This document shows, in pieces, positions 1 through 11,363 of a DNA stretch of 64,000 bases. The translations under genes and the position numbers were made by a program. The stretch covers positions 2,294,001-2,358,000 of the forward strand of contig JAYWIR010000029.1 of NCBI GenBank assembly GCA_036172245.1. The letters run 5' to 3'. Below the pieces are notes generated by a model. The model was not told where the DNA came from, did no database searches, and was given only the letters and a program-made list of their open reading frames with translations. Source of the DNA: Raillietiella orientalis (lineage: Eukaryota). Numbering within the stretch: the first letter of the stretch is position 1; every line of letters starts with the position of its first letter.

Positions 1-777
1 TTCGTGACGATGTCTTTGCCGGTACGTGACGACATCGCACAGAGGGATCATCGGAAAAGCATCCGAGATTCCCTTGGAACCGAAGATCATCGACTTCCCG
101 GAACAACGGGAACCGCAAAGAAATCCAAAAAGTACGCGTTCACTATGGAAACTGCAAGAGGATGTTTGCCTACGTGAAGTACGAAACGTACGTGGTGCAC
201 AAGGGGAAACTCCTCGTGCGCACCTCCTGAGGGTCGACCTATTTGCAAAAAAGTGGGTACCTTACCAGCTCATGACTGCAAATCGTTAGGCCCGCATCCT
301 CGGATGGTACACTTGGCGCACGCTGGAAGCACGAATGAAAGACGAGAGCGATGCTCTTTGCAAAGAGTTGAGCTGCCTGCAAACGATTTCCTCCGAATTT
401 TGCGACACGGAAATCGGAAACTGGAATATTTCTTTTGCGATAAGGTGAAGCATTAACTTGGAAGTACTTGAACCGACATGCCATTTTTTTTTTTTTTTTG
501 AGGGGGGGGGGAATGCATACCCAATACATAGGACACTTTCGTTAATGCAGTACATAGTAAGCTTCAAAGATTCAGTATAAATAACTCTGTGCCCAATTAG
601 GCTCGAAGAAAAAATTTCTGCAAGAATCCATAGTCATTTTGCAAAAGTACATTAGCTTAAAGATTTATCCGATTTTTTTTTTCTCCCTCTCTCTCTCCTC
701 CCCCCGACCAGATGCATTAAGATACACCGTTTCATGCCCTGAAAGAATTTTGGAGAAGACGAGTTGTTCTGAAGGAT

Positions 778-818
778 TTCTTCTTCTTCTTCTTCTTCTT
801 CTTCTTCTTCTTCTTCTT
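778..818. repeat. (CTT)n microsatellite
   Basis: Uninterrupted TTC/CTT run; it produces the spurious poly-L and poly-R ORFs at 639-860 and 665-847. Confidence 0.95.
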
Positions 819-1103
819 GTCCCCCCCCCTCTCCATTCGAAAGTCAATTTCCGTAAATAAAGATTACCGTAAATGCATTACGTACTTACGCTTTTGCTCG
901 AACCGATGCTTACGTATTCATTAAAACGAAGCACCATCCATTAAACAGTCCGATTTTGCACTCAAAGCGTTTCCGTTAGCTCACGGTAAAAAACTGCAAC
1001 GCGTGCAAGATAATGCAAATGGCGTCCGAGATAGAGCCGAATCCAAATAACGACACCTACGCCGACTTGTGTAGCATCCAATTGGTAGGAATTACTAGTA
1101 GTC

Positions 1104-2700
1104 ATGGCTGCACGTGAAAGCTTCGAGAATAATTTTGCCGGTTCGTTGGATGATGATGACGAGCCATTATTGAATTTCGGCTCCCCCAAACTGGTTCCTC
1201 TCGACGACAGCGATGCCCAAAAGTTCAGGCCAAACAGCTCAGGGTCCCGAAGAAAAGAATGCTTCACCTCGCCCGGTTACAGAGATTTCAAAACCCATGC
1301 AACAAATCGTATTAACTGCCGGTTATGTAGTGCAAATCACAAGTTCGAACCAATCGCTGTAGGTCTTTTTGCATATATTTTCTTATTGTCTTATGTCATT
1401 TTCATAATGTGGAATAAAGTTACCAGATAGACATATACTGAGCAAGATGCTTGTGAAATGTTGACGATTGTTCTAAATTTAGGATGATGAAATGGAGCCA
1501 CTCGGGCAAAAACAAGTGGATGTCTTGTCTGTTGTGCAAGGAAACTGTCATACCTGGGATAGGTCACAAAAACCTATTCCCATGGGCCAATTACAGTTGA
1601 AGATTGCCACTACACTGTGCATATTGTTTATGGTTGGTTTTGATTGTGTTTGCAGAATTTTAACGCTACATTATGTGCTTTGAGGTTGGGGAAGCAGTGG
1701 GGGGCTATCTGGCCAACAGCTTGGCCATCATGACAGATGCTGCACACCTCTTTTCAGATTTGGCCACTTTCGTGGTAGCTCTGTTTGCATTCTGGATAGC
1801 AGCACGTCCAGCAAACAAAAGGCTAACATTTGGCTACCATAGAGCTGGTAATAAATAATCCATCATTTTTTATTTATACCTTTGCCACCAGAAGTGCTGA
1901 GTGCCCTCTTTGGAGTTCTTCTCATTTGGATTTTAACAGGCATCTTGTTTTATTTAGCAGTGGTGCGTTTGATATATTTTAATTTCGAGGTAGAAGGAGA
2001 TACCATGATTGTGGTGGCTGCACTTGGTGTCATAATGAATATAATGTAAGTTCCATGTAGGATGGGGACTTTGGAAGGCATGGAACTTACATTAAAATCC
2101 ATCTGTAGTTTAGTTTTTGTTTTGCATGGTGCTCCCAATTCTAAACATGGTCATTCTCACTCCTCACAGAGCATGAACCTGCGAGCAGCATTTCTGCATG
2201 TGCTTGGTGATCTTATACAGAGCATGGGAGTATTGCTAGCTTCTATTCTGATTAAATATGATGTGAGTAGTGTTAACAATTGTGCTTGAAACATTTCAAT
2301 GTTTGTGATTTTTTAGCCTCATTATAAGATAGCTGATCCAGTTTGTACTTTTATCTTTTCCATAATTGTACTGCTAACAACAGTTGGTATAGCACGAGAT
2401 GCACTGCTGATTTTATTAGAGGCTAATCCTGTAGATATCAACATCACTGTTGTGCATAGTCAGCTTCTCAAAGTGCAGGCTGTACAAAGTGTGCATGATT
2501 TGCATATATGGGCCTTGTCACCCCAAGTACATGCATTGATGGCTCATTTGGTGCTGGAGCCTAGTGCCAATTATGACAAAGTATTGGAGCATGCATTGCA
2601 CTGTTTGCATCAGAAACCATTTCTTTCCATTCAGCATGTTGCATTACAAATGGAAAAAGCACATGATTCTGTGGATGTATGTACCCAACATGCAGCTTAG
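1104..2700 (+). CDS. SLC30A2: Zinc transporter, CDF/SLC30A family, ZnT2/3/8-like (419 aa, 6 exons)
   Basis: Exons 1104-1358, 1483-1632, 1685-1847, 1892-2045, 2109-2262, 2317-2700 joined at GT-AG introns give 1260 nt in frame. Motifs: GGYLANSLAIMTDAAHLFSD, TFGYHRAE, His-rich loop HGHSH, NLRAAFLHVLGD, KIADPVCT, VHDLHIW. The HD-HD zinc site is intact. The symbol is the nearest vertebrate paralogue type, not proven orthology. Confidence 0.93.
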
Positions 2701-2732
2701 AATAATACATGGAATTCACATTTTACTAGGAT

Positions 2733-3747
2733 TCATAACTGTTGCAAAGGCATATTAAGGGCACTACACAAGATATCTAGAAAATTCGTGCGCTGAATAT
2801 TACGGAAGAGAGCATGAGACAACAACTGATAGGAAGTGGGGCGAGCTAAGGGGTCTTTCTGAAGGCATGTATTCACAAATTCATGAAAAGCAGGAGAAAA
2901 AACGTGTGTGCTTCCATTGGCATTGATTACATCCATCAAAGATGGAGGTGGTCCTTCAAGCTTCTCAAGCAGCAGGAGAGTTGGAGACAGACTGTCAAAT
3001 GGTGTTGTAGTGAGTGCCAGTTCATAAGCTGTAATGCCTAGACTATATACATCAGTCTTTGAGTTATATCCTTCAAGGTTTTGCTTCAGCATTTCTGGAC
3101 TCAAACCTGTTAAGGGCACTTTTAAGGGTAATTCATGAGCTGCATGAAGATATTGGCCTCCTGATAATAATAATATTGAATGTCTTAATCCTGACAACCG
3201 TGCACGTCCATTAGCTCCTATCAGTATATGACTAGGTCGCAAATCTCTTGGAAGACTTGTAAAACATTGCTTATAACAATTATCCTTACCGGTGAATAAT
3301 ACCCCATTTGTGTAAATAAGTTAAGGCCTGCAGAACATCATTCAGCAAGCAGGCAATTGCTTTCTCAGGTAATCCATTTATAAAATGTGCTTGAAGTAAA
3401 TCTTTGGCAGAACCATAACACATTAGAGGATTGACTATCCATAGCTCTGTATCAACAAGAAAAGCTGTAAAACATGGCAATATGTGCTCATGGCGCAGCT
3501 TCCGTGTAAGAATTAATTCATACTAATGAGAATATTCAATAATTCAATGCCAAATATGTACAGTGCTTACTTGAATGTCTTGTAGTTCGCTATTGCATGA
3601 TTCCAAGTCAATTTTTCTGACGACAACTTTGCTCTGTGTTCGCTTATACCAGGCTATGTGAATCGTGCCAATGCCATTTCCGCATATTCCGATTGTGGAG
3701 GCTATTTCATACAGTGAAGCATTAGCAGAATACACATCAGGCATCAT
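2733..3747 (-). CDS. STRAD: STE20-related kinase adaptor (STRAD/Stlk) pseudokinase, ~307 aa, at least 3 exons
   Basis: Exons 3747-3571, 3522-3290, 3246-2733 (introns 48 and 43 nt) give 924 nt in frame. STRAD hallmarks: VVVRKIDLE in place of VAIK, PLMCYGSAKDLL, SHILI, LSGLR in place of DFG, LSPEMLKQNLEGYNSKTDVYSLGITAYELA, FSPAFHEFV. The frame stays open upstream to 3870, so a further 5' exon is possible. Confidence 0.9.
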
Positions 3748-5048
3748 ATGCTTCGAATTTTGGATATTTGCATCGGATGTACGGTGCTGCAGTGATAAGC
3801 TTTGTGAAGGTCTTTCACTACTCTCTAATCTCTTCAGTCTAACACTGCTAAATCTACTATTTCTGGATTTTTAAAGTGCATCAAAGACCTCTTAAGCAAT
3901 CATCTCGAAGTTCAGTTACTCCAATTTTTTTTTTTTTTTTTTAATTCAAAGTAATTGTTACCAGGATACCGGAACGCGTTCTGCTGAACATATACAAATG
4001 GAATACTGACAGACTATACCGTTCATAAACTCAGGCAGTCAGCAACTGCTTTTCGAAAAACATATTTTCTACAAGGGTTAAATAATTCAAAATCTTCCAT
4101 TTCTTCATTGCGAAGGATGAATCTCACTAAGCAGCGACTGCTCGTAACTTTCCGTTAGCGATCGCAGAATTTAGATTCATAATTTGCAAAGAATCGTATC
4201 GGGAAAGAAAAAGAAGGAAACAAAATTCAATAGAAGTAGCGGTTATACTTTGATTTGGCAATGTATTGATGGACTGGAAAAGCAGGGGGGAAAAACTAGG
4301 CTGATTCTAATAAGCACACGTAGCCGTTCTTGAAATGTGGTGGTTACTTCGGATTTCCTAAATGCTCATAAAAAAAATACTTATACATGTAAAACGGGAA
4401 AAATCAGTCATGATATTCATTAAATGATGCATGGTAATAAGAAGTTGCTTATTTTTGTTTCATCAAATACATTTCGCTTTCACATTTTTTTGTTTTCCCA
4501 TGTATTCCTGTGCAAGAAACTCTTATCCTATTTGGGGAATGAGTTTCTTCTTAGTATGGATCCTTGATTTCGTCAAGTCTCCTTCGGCATCCATCCCTTG
4601 GAAATGGAAACAGAAGAATTGTGTTCTGAACTTGCACTTGGAAAAAACCTTGATTTGGAATGAATACTTTTCCTCGTGAATATCTATTTTTGATACCGGC
4701 TGTTATTAGTTGGTGTGAATGTTTCCACCGTCTTACGCCATGATTAAGGGTTTGCCCTCATAATTATTTACCCATTTCATAATTTTCAATTTTGGTTTCT
4801 TCAGTTGGTTACTCGACCCAAATACACATCAATTTACATTGAAATCACAGGGTTTTTTAAATGGCTCCCTCTTATTATACTTGAATTTCACAAAAACAAC
4901 TTAAACAATTGGCACTGCAGCTAGGACTTTTTTTCTATATTCTTTTTTCACAAGTCTATACTCTCAATTTATTGAAACAATGCTATGAGTTGATAGAATA
5001 CTACAACAACTTTCTCCCGATCCACACTTTTAACTTTATCCACAGTAT

Positions 5049-5330
5049 TTATTTTACATTTTGAACATCACTTGCTAAGAATGAAGCACTTTTGTAAGAA
5101 ACAAAAGGAAAGAAAGAATGATTTGAAATGCAAAACATGCAATCGCCCCTGAGACGAATTTCATTAGATTTGGAGTAGTTCATTTTATGATTACCCTCTG
5201 CATGATTCAGGAAACAAAAGTACTTCTGTAAAACTTCTGAACATCCACGAGTAAGGTTTAAAGAATGACGTCTTGTTCTCATAAACACAAAATTAGTGTC
5301 AATGAACTACAAAGTCCTGTGAACGAATCA
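5049..5330 (-). mobile_element. Possible decayed Penelope-like RT fragment
   Basis: EVLQKYFCFLNHAEGNHKM resembles the PLE RT segment (vL..nYF.Fn..Y.Q..G..MG). Single motif only. Confidence 0.25.
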
Positions 5331-7105
5331 ATTAGAACTCTGAACAAAAAAAGAGAGGAAACGTATTGAATTGTTCAATAAACATCAGTAGTATTATTAG
5401 AAGTAAATTTAATTTCGATATTCAGTTATTCGATGGTATTTATGACCATGTACAATTCCATGAGATTCTCATTGAAGTAAGGCATACTTAATTATATTCT
5501 GTTTTCATTTAAAGTCTACTATACATGAATGCGAATCATTACAGTAATTACTCAGATTATAGATCTGAACAGTTCCCGGAGCACTCACAAAGTAAATTTG
5601 CAATAAGATCCGCTACATTGATTTTGCTAAGATTGTGATAATTTTCAGTGTTTCGAAAAATTTAGTTTGGTAAGTTCTTGTTTCTTCTTCTTCCTCCTCT
5701 TCTTTTTTTTTCGAGTTCCAGTCTCATGAAGAAGTTTAGGGTATTTAGTTGATTTAATATAACCGTCAATATTCTCATTTAATTATTTAATCATGAAAGG
5801 TGAGTTAATCATATTGATTTACATTGTAGTAATTTTCAGAGAACGAACTTGCCCTTATATTTGAAAGACTGCATGAAAAAAAAAAAAATTAATTTTTGTA
5901 ATTATTCTAGTACAATTTTTTCTATTGGTTTGGAATAGGCGAAGATAGTGTTGTCGCTTGTCATTCTTGATAGCTTATTATCAGATATATGTACACTAAT
6001 ATCAATATCTCACAGTGATGGTCTAGATGGTTCTATAAACACTCGAAAAACATTTCACTATTTGATTTTGTTGTATACGATCTGGATTTCTTATCTAATT
6101 GCTGTAAAAAAAATCAAATTTATCATTTGCATCAAGTTACCCACGAAAGTTTCTATTTATTTGGTTTTTGATAAGATCTTTTTGCTTGTATTAGTATTAT
6201 TCACTATTTTCGATTTTTTTTTCACATGTGGCTCATTTTAACACGTTTTTTACATCTGCCCACCATTAATTGCAGGACTGGGGTCTGCATGTTATGGGGT
6301 CTGCATGTTATTTTGGATACTGACTAAAGAGCTTTAAAAAAGAAGGAATGAAGAATTCTTCAGTTCTTCGGTAACTTTCAGTGAAATAGGTGTAACTTTC
6401 AGTTCAGGACTACCCGAGAGGTACCTTTTTTCTCCTTTTCTCCTGTGAAGCATTCTATCCAATCAGGGACACTAGAGAATTAGTTTAAAGCCTTCACGTG
6501 GTCATTCGAGTCTTGGTGTTTCTCATTTCACAAGGGAAAGCCTTGATATTTCATTTGCAAAACTGTATTGGTGTTATGGTACTCCTGAAATGCCCTATGT
6601 AGGCTAGCAGTACAGCATTTCTCATATTCATCTTTTTCAATATCCCTTCGATCATTTTTTGAATGACTAATATTCATGTCAATACATCAAAATTCAAATG
6701 TTTGGAAACAGTAATGTAGCTAATTTTTTTCATAAGCTCATGACTAATAAGCTAAAAAGGAAATTCATCGTTTTTGGTAACTTTTCAAAAAGCTGATATT
6801 GCAGGAAAACTATGAAGTGATTAGCGCTGCTTGAATTATTTAGAAATCTTGACATTTCATCTTGAAAAACAAGGTGACTCATTTTGATGTAAATTTGAAA
6901 GGGAACTTCTCTCCTCGAAACAACGTTTAAATAAAAAAATCACGCTTCTTTCTCACGTCCGCATGTTTTTTCACTGCCAAATGTATTCCACTCATCCCGA
7001 ATTGAAATCCGAATGACTGGTTAAAAATCACTATTCATTAATGGTTCTCTAAACATGTTGGGATTTTAAATGACTTTTACAAGAACATGACTCTTATGTA
7101 TAAAG

Positions 7106-7158
7106 TAATATATATATATATATTACTCTTATATATATTACCCTAAACATTTTGTTCC

Positions 7159-7202
<44 letters not shown>

Positions 7203-7245
7203 TAATGGAACAAAATGCTTTTGAATTGCTGTCTGTTTGAAGAAT

Positions 7246-7310
<65 letters not shown>

Positions 7311-7327
7311 TATATATATATATATAT
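7106..7327. repeat. Cluster of (TA)n and (CA)n microsatellites
   Basis: Runs at ~7108-7122, 7161-7197, 7246-7268 (CA) and 7268-7327 (TA), at the AT-rich to GC-rich transition. Confidence 0.95.
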
Positions 7328-8389
7328 GCGCCTCCCTCAAGTATTTATGATTGCAAATTATTTCTCAGCGGTGATTTCTAATTAGAAAGGTACTTCAGAA
7401 TTTGCTTGCTTTCATCGCTGTTCATTTCGCGATTCTTTTTCCTTCCTTTTTTTCTTTCTTTTCGTTCCTGAAGCTTCGGTATCACTGCTTGAGGCGCACT
7501 GCAGAACGTGTCGAACGTTCTTCAGTTGACGGCGATCCTTACAGACCTCGTCTGTCTTGATCCGATTTTCAAATGAAAAGTGGATGTACACAAAGTCACA
7601 CAAAGCAAAGCGGATATACACAAAATTATTTGTTAGTATACCAAGATGCTCATGTTAAGCATCCACGTGGCCATACTTCAGTAACCAGTTGCTCTTCTAA
7701 AAAGCTAAGGTGAAACATCTGCATAAGCAAAGCGACTCCTACAAAATGCAAGAACGCAGCGAATCGACCGATGGACCGCAACTTCCTCACAAATAAAAGA
7801 TCATTTGTGGCGCGAGATCACGTCTCCTCGTGGAATAAATAAAACAAAATATGCCAACACCAAAATCCTCGAAGGGAAGAGAGAGTATCAGTCAGATGGC
7901 TTTGAAAACAACTGGATTTTTCATACACGTCGAAAACAATAATTAAGGCTAACAGATCAAATAGACAAAATTTGTAAAGTGAAGAGGCAGACTGTTGGGC
8001 TTCGCCGATGGCGATCTAATTTTCTCCTAGAAATGTTTTCATTAGTCCATGCTTGATCCAGCCACAATTCCAGATAGATGTACTGAAAACCATTATTACA
8101 GTGGCACTGATGAATGAACCTGGATAAGTCTTGGCATGCGGACCCGTCAAGATGTGACGGGATCGAAAGCAATGTTCACTGTAGTAAGCCATGTGGTTCA
8201 AAGTAGGGAAGTCGGAACGGACTATGCTCGCGAGTCACAAAATTCCTCTCCTTTAAAGCAACCGATTGTGTTTGCTCGTATTTCGATTACCTCTGGAGTG
8301 CTTCTTTTGGTTTCCACCGTCCACGGAAAATGCTAAAGGCGGGCACGGGTGCAGTAGCAGGCAGTCGGGAAATCGAAAAATCCTTTAGG

Positions 8390-9100
8390 CTTGCACTCTG
8401 GGCATGGTCAGCCAAAAAAAAACCTCTCGACCGTCGGCTTCCGAGAAGCGGAACCTCTGGGTTTCCGAAGAGGATCGCTGCTTCTTTGCAACTTAACTCT
8501 TCATGCAACCCGATGTGGAATGCCAAGAAGTTTTTCAGTGCATCCTATGTTGAGTACGAATCGATCTTGCGTCTTTGTTAGACCGCTGCTGACGCAGAGG
8601 TATTGTACACTCGAGAAAGGTACATTGAAAGCTCACAGCTCAGAGAACGGGCAGGAAAGACATGAAAAACGAGTTGCGATTTCCATCGTAAAGAACACAA
8701 AAAAACGAAAAAAAGTTCCGTTAGAGAACAGAAACGCGAAGGCTTCCTGTACACGTGCAGCTTCCAACTCTTCGGACAAACTAGAGAAAGTACAGACAGG
8801 AAGCTTCTTGCTGGGCGCAAAGCAAGGAACTCATTGAAACGAAACACTTGTCGAAAGTGGTCATCAGCTTTCATCAGGCTCAGAATTCATTCCTCAGAAT
8901 TCCTTGGCTAGGAGCTACATATTTGTAGACCGCAGCAATTTTTACGAACTGTACGATTGTACATGCTTCCCGATTCAATACATAAACTCTTCTGTGAAAA
9001 AAATGGTGGGCGCTGGCGATTTGATTGGGTTTTTCTACGGAGACCAGTAGTCGAGGGTAATCGATGGACAAAGTACAAAAGACTCGCCAACCCTGTGAGC
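8390..9100 (+). mobile_element. Possible decayed Penelope-like RT relic
   Basis: In order: GFPKRIAASLQLNSSCNPMWNAKKFF (~8459-8536, like GLPKIHK..PLRPIVS...Y.LAKFL), SYIFVDRSNFYELYD (~8911-8957, like YF.F.G.FY.Q.DG), RWTKYK (~9062). Interrupted by stops and frameshifts. Confidence 0.3.
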
Positions 9101-9869
9101 AGCACTCACGGCAAATGAGCCTGGGTCGGCTGAGAGACAAAGAGCCAAAATAGAATCCAGGGAATCAGAAGTTCGACGAAGGATGTCGAAGGGTAAAAAA
9201 GAAATGCGGGAAGTCGGTAAATGCAGCCATCGATGGGTTCCTTGAATAAGCCCAAAAGACAAGACACAGTGAAAGGGGCTCAAACTCGGGAAATTTCCCG
9301 CCTCAAAGGAAAAGATGAACGAAAATCAGTAGCTGATAACTGATGCTTGTTGTGGAGATTCAGGAAAGGACGCCAATGGTTACGAGAAGGAAGAAGCCCC
9401 TAAATAGTAAGCATTCAGTTGCATGAGACTGCCTTCGATCCTTATCCACAGAATCGTCCATTGGATGCTTTTCAGTGAGCACGGAACTAAAGGGCTGCAA
9501 ATGAGCCTGAAAGCATAATCTCGACAAAAATCTTGAGAATTTGCTGCCGTGTGGATTTCAGGTACGCTTAATTAACTGATGGTGTGGTCCTGGAAACGAA
9601 TGATCAGCTACGCGCATGCGTGCAGCTCTCTTAAGCCTCTTTTACACTTGCATTTTCATCATCTCACGCTTGCTGCTTCCGATTCTATTAGATTATATAA
9701 GTGTTAGACTGAGAAAGTGGTACAGTGAAGGAAGAGATTTGTAAACGTGCACGAGGATGCAACAAGGCGCACGATGGTGTTATATTAAGAAGACGTAACT
9801 GACTCGAACGTCTATTGGTTAATTTTTTTTTTCTTTCTTTCATATTCTTGCGGTGTAGAAGAACTCTCT

Positions 9870-10303
9870 CTAGCGAAGGATTTTGCGGTATGTACCATAA
9901 GCTTGGGTGATAGATCGATCGCATCATATTTCTCTACACTTGTGTTCGTCGTTTATTGCCCAAACAGACTCGAATAGCGGAGCTGCCACTTTCCTACTCG
10001 GAATTTTAGCAGCCGGGTGTCCTCGCAGCTGTGGAGCTTTCGAATGCTGGGCAACGGGCAGGTCGCCGGGATCTCGCCGAGTCTACTGAGTGCCACTAGA
10101 GAGTTTCATGTTCTTTCAGTGGTCCTCACCGTAACTGATTCGTTGCCATAACCGCCGCAGATTGAACCCGAAACCAAAGATAACCCGTGATTATATTTTA
10201 CGTGATTCGAACGTTTTTTTTTTTCTTTTCTCTTCTGGCTAACTACCTGAACGCAGTGCATTGCACACATGCATATCCCATATGGCTGGGATTTGCCTTC
10301 TTT

Positions 10304-10335
<32 letters not shown>

Positions 10336-10800
10336 CCTTTAAGATGCAAATAATTTTTGCATGCAATCAACATATTTAACATATTAATGCGTCCTTCATT
10401 ATGCACGTCGAAACTCGTTTTCATGCTATTAGTAAATTGAATAATAAATCCGAGTGTTGGTTTATCTGTTGATGATTGCCCAGAATTTCATCATCGGGAT
10501 TGTATCCGCAAAGTCAACGATGGATTCGCATTTAGGTTTGGTTCGTGATGCATATTCGTATTTTGCCACGCCTGATTTAGATTGGGATATCAAATGTGGG
10601 AGCTGGAAAGCTTCGACCAAAAACCTGGAGCACTTTTGCGACAGGAAAGGCGACCGGGAATGCAGCGCAACTTTCGGAAACCCAAGAAGATCATCACGCA
10701 ATTCCTCGAATGACTTTTCTTTGCTTTGTTTTCTGATTAGCTCCAGCACGCTTACAGCTGCCGTCTCTTTATCCTCTTCAGTGGTTCATCGCGTTTTGCA
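9870..10800 (-). mobile_element. Decayed Penelope-like retroelement, RT region
   Basis: Motifs in canonical PLE order on the minus strand: DKETAAVSV (~10775-10750, DKG.a.V), LLGFPKVA (~10689-10665, YGLPKxHK), ESIVDFADTIP (SL.T.IP), FGFNLRRLWQ (~10175-10146), WQLRYS (~9988-9971, W.RYVDD), IYHPS and TYRK (~9915-9882). Confidence 0.45.
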
Positions 10801-11327
10801 TGCACTGCCGCCTACTGCCAAACATCCTCCTCGTATAGACTGCACTTTGTCGTGTTCCGTACCAATCTTACTTCCGCACAACCGTGCTGAGTTCCCTGGA
10901 AAGAGCCAACAAAAAAAAAAAAAAAAAAAGATTGATTTTTCGAGCGCTCCCGCACTTTGCAGCTTCGCCGTCGCTGCGTGGACCTCTCGCATCCTCGAAG
11001 TGCATCCTCGTCCTCAGGTTCCACATTCCTCTACCCATAATTTTCTCAAGTGCCAAACGTCCGGCGGCTACCGCTTCGACGCACTTCTTGACCCTGTTAG
11101 CTCGTTCGCATCTCCACTCGCATCCAGCCGGCTGTTCCATTAAGCGCGAACGAGGTGTTTTCTCGCCCGTCTCTGACCCTGTCGACCTTTCCTCCCAGGT
11201 TCGCACACGCTTCCTATTTTGCGGCGGAAACCTATCGGCACGGACGATGAACAGCCGAGTGAAAAAATTTTCCCATTTTGCTATCTTCGAGACCAGGAAA
11301 AGACGAAGAACGAAAAAAGCGAGAAAG

Positions 11328-11363
11328 GGTGGTGGTGGTGGTGGTGGTGGTGGTGGTGGTGGT
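11328..11363. repeat. (GGT)12 microsatellite
   Basis: Perfect GGT run; source of the poly-G, poly-P and poly-T ORFs. Confidence 0.95.

Noticed and set aside
1..460. Short ORFs at the window start (e.g. YETYVVHKGKLL)
   Set aside because: No recognisable family; might be another RT relic, but one weak motif is not enough.
3748..3995. Upstream STRAD exon starting at the ATG near 3991
   Set aside because: Available donors and acceptors do not match in phase, so the 5' end is left unresolved.
6280..6311. 16-bp tandem duplication ggggtctgcatgttat
   Set aside because: Two units only; ordinary slippage.
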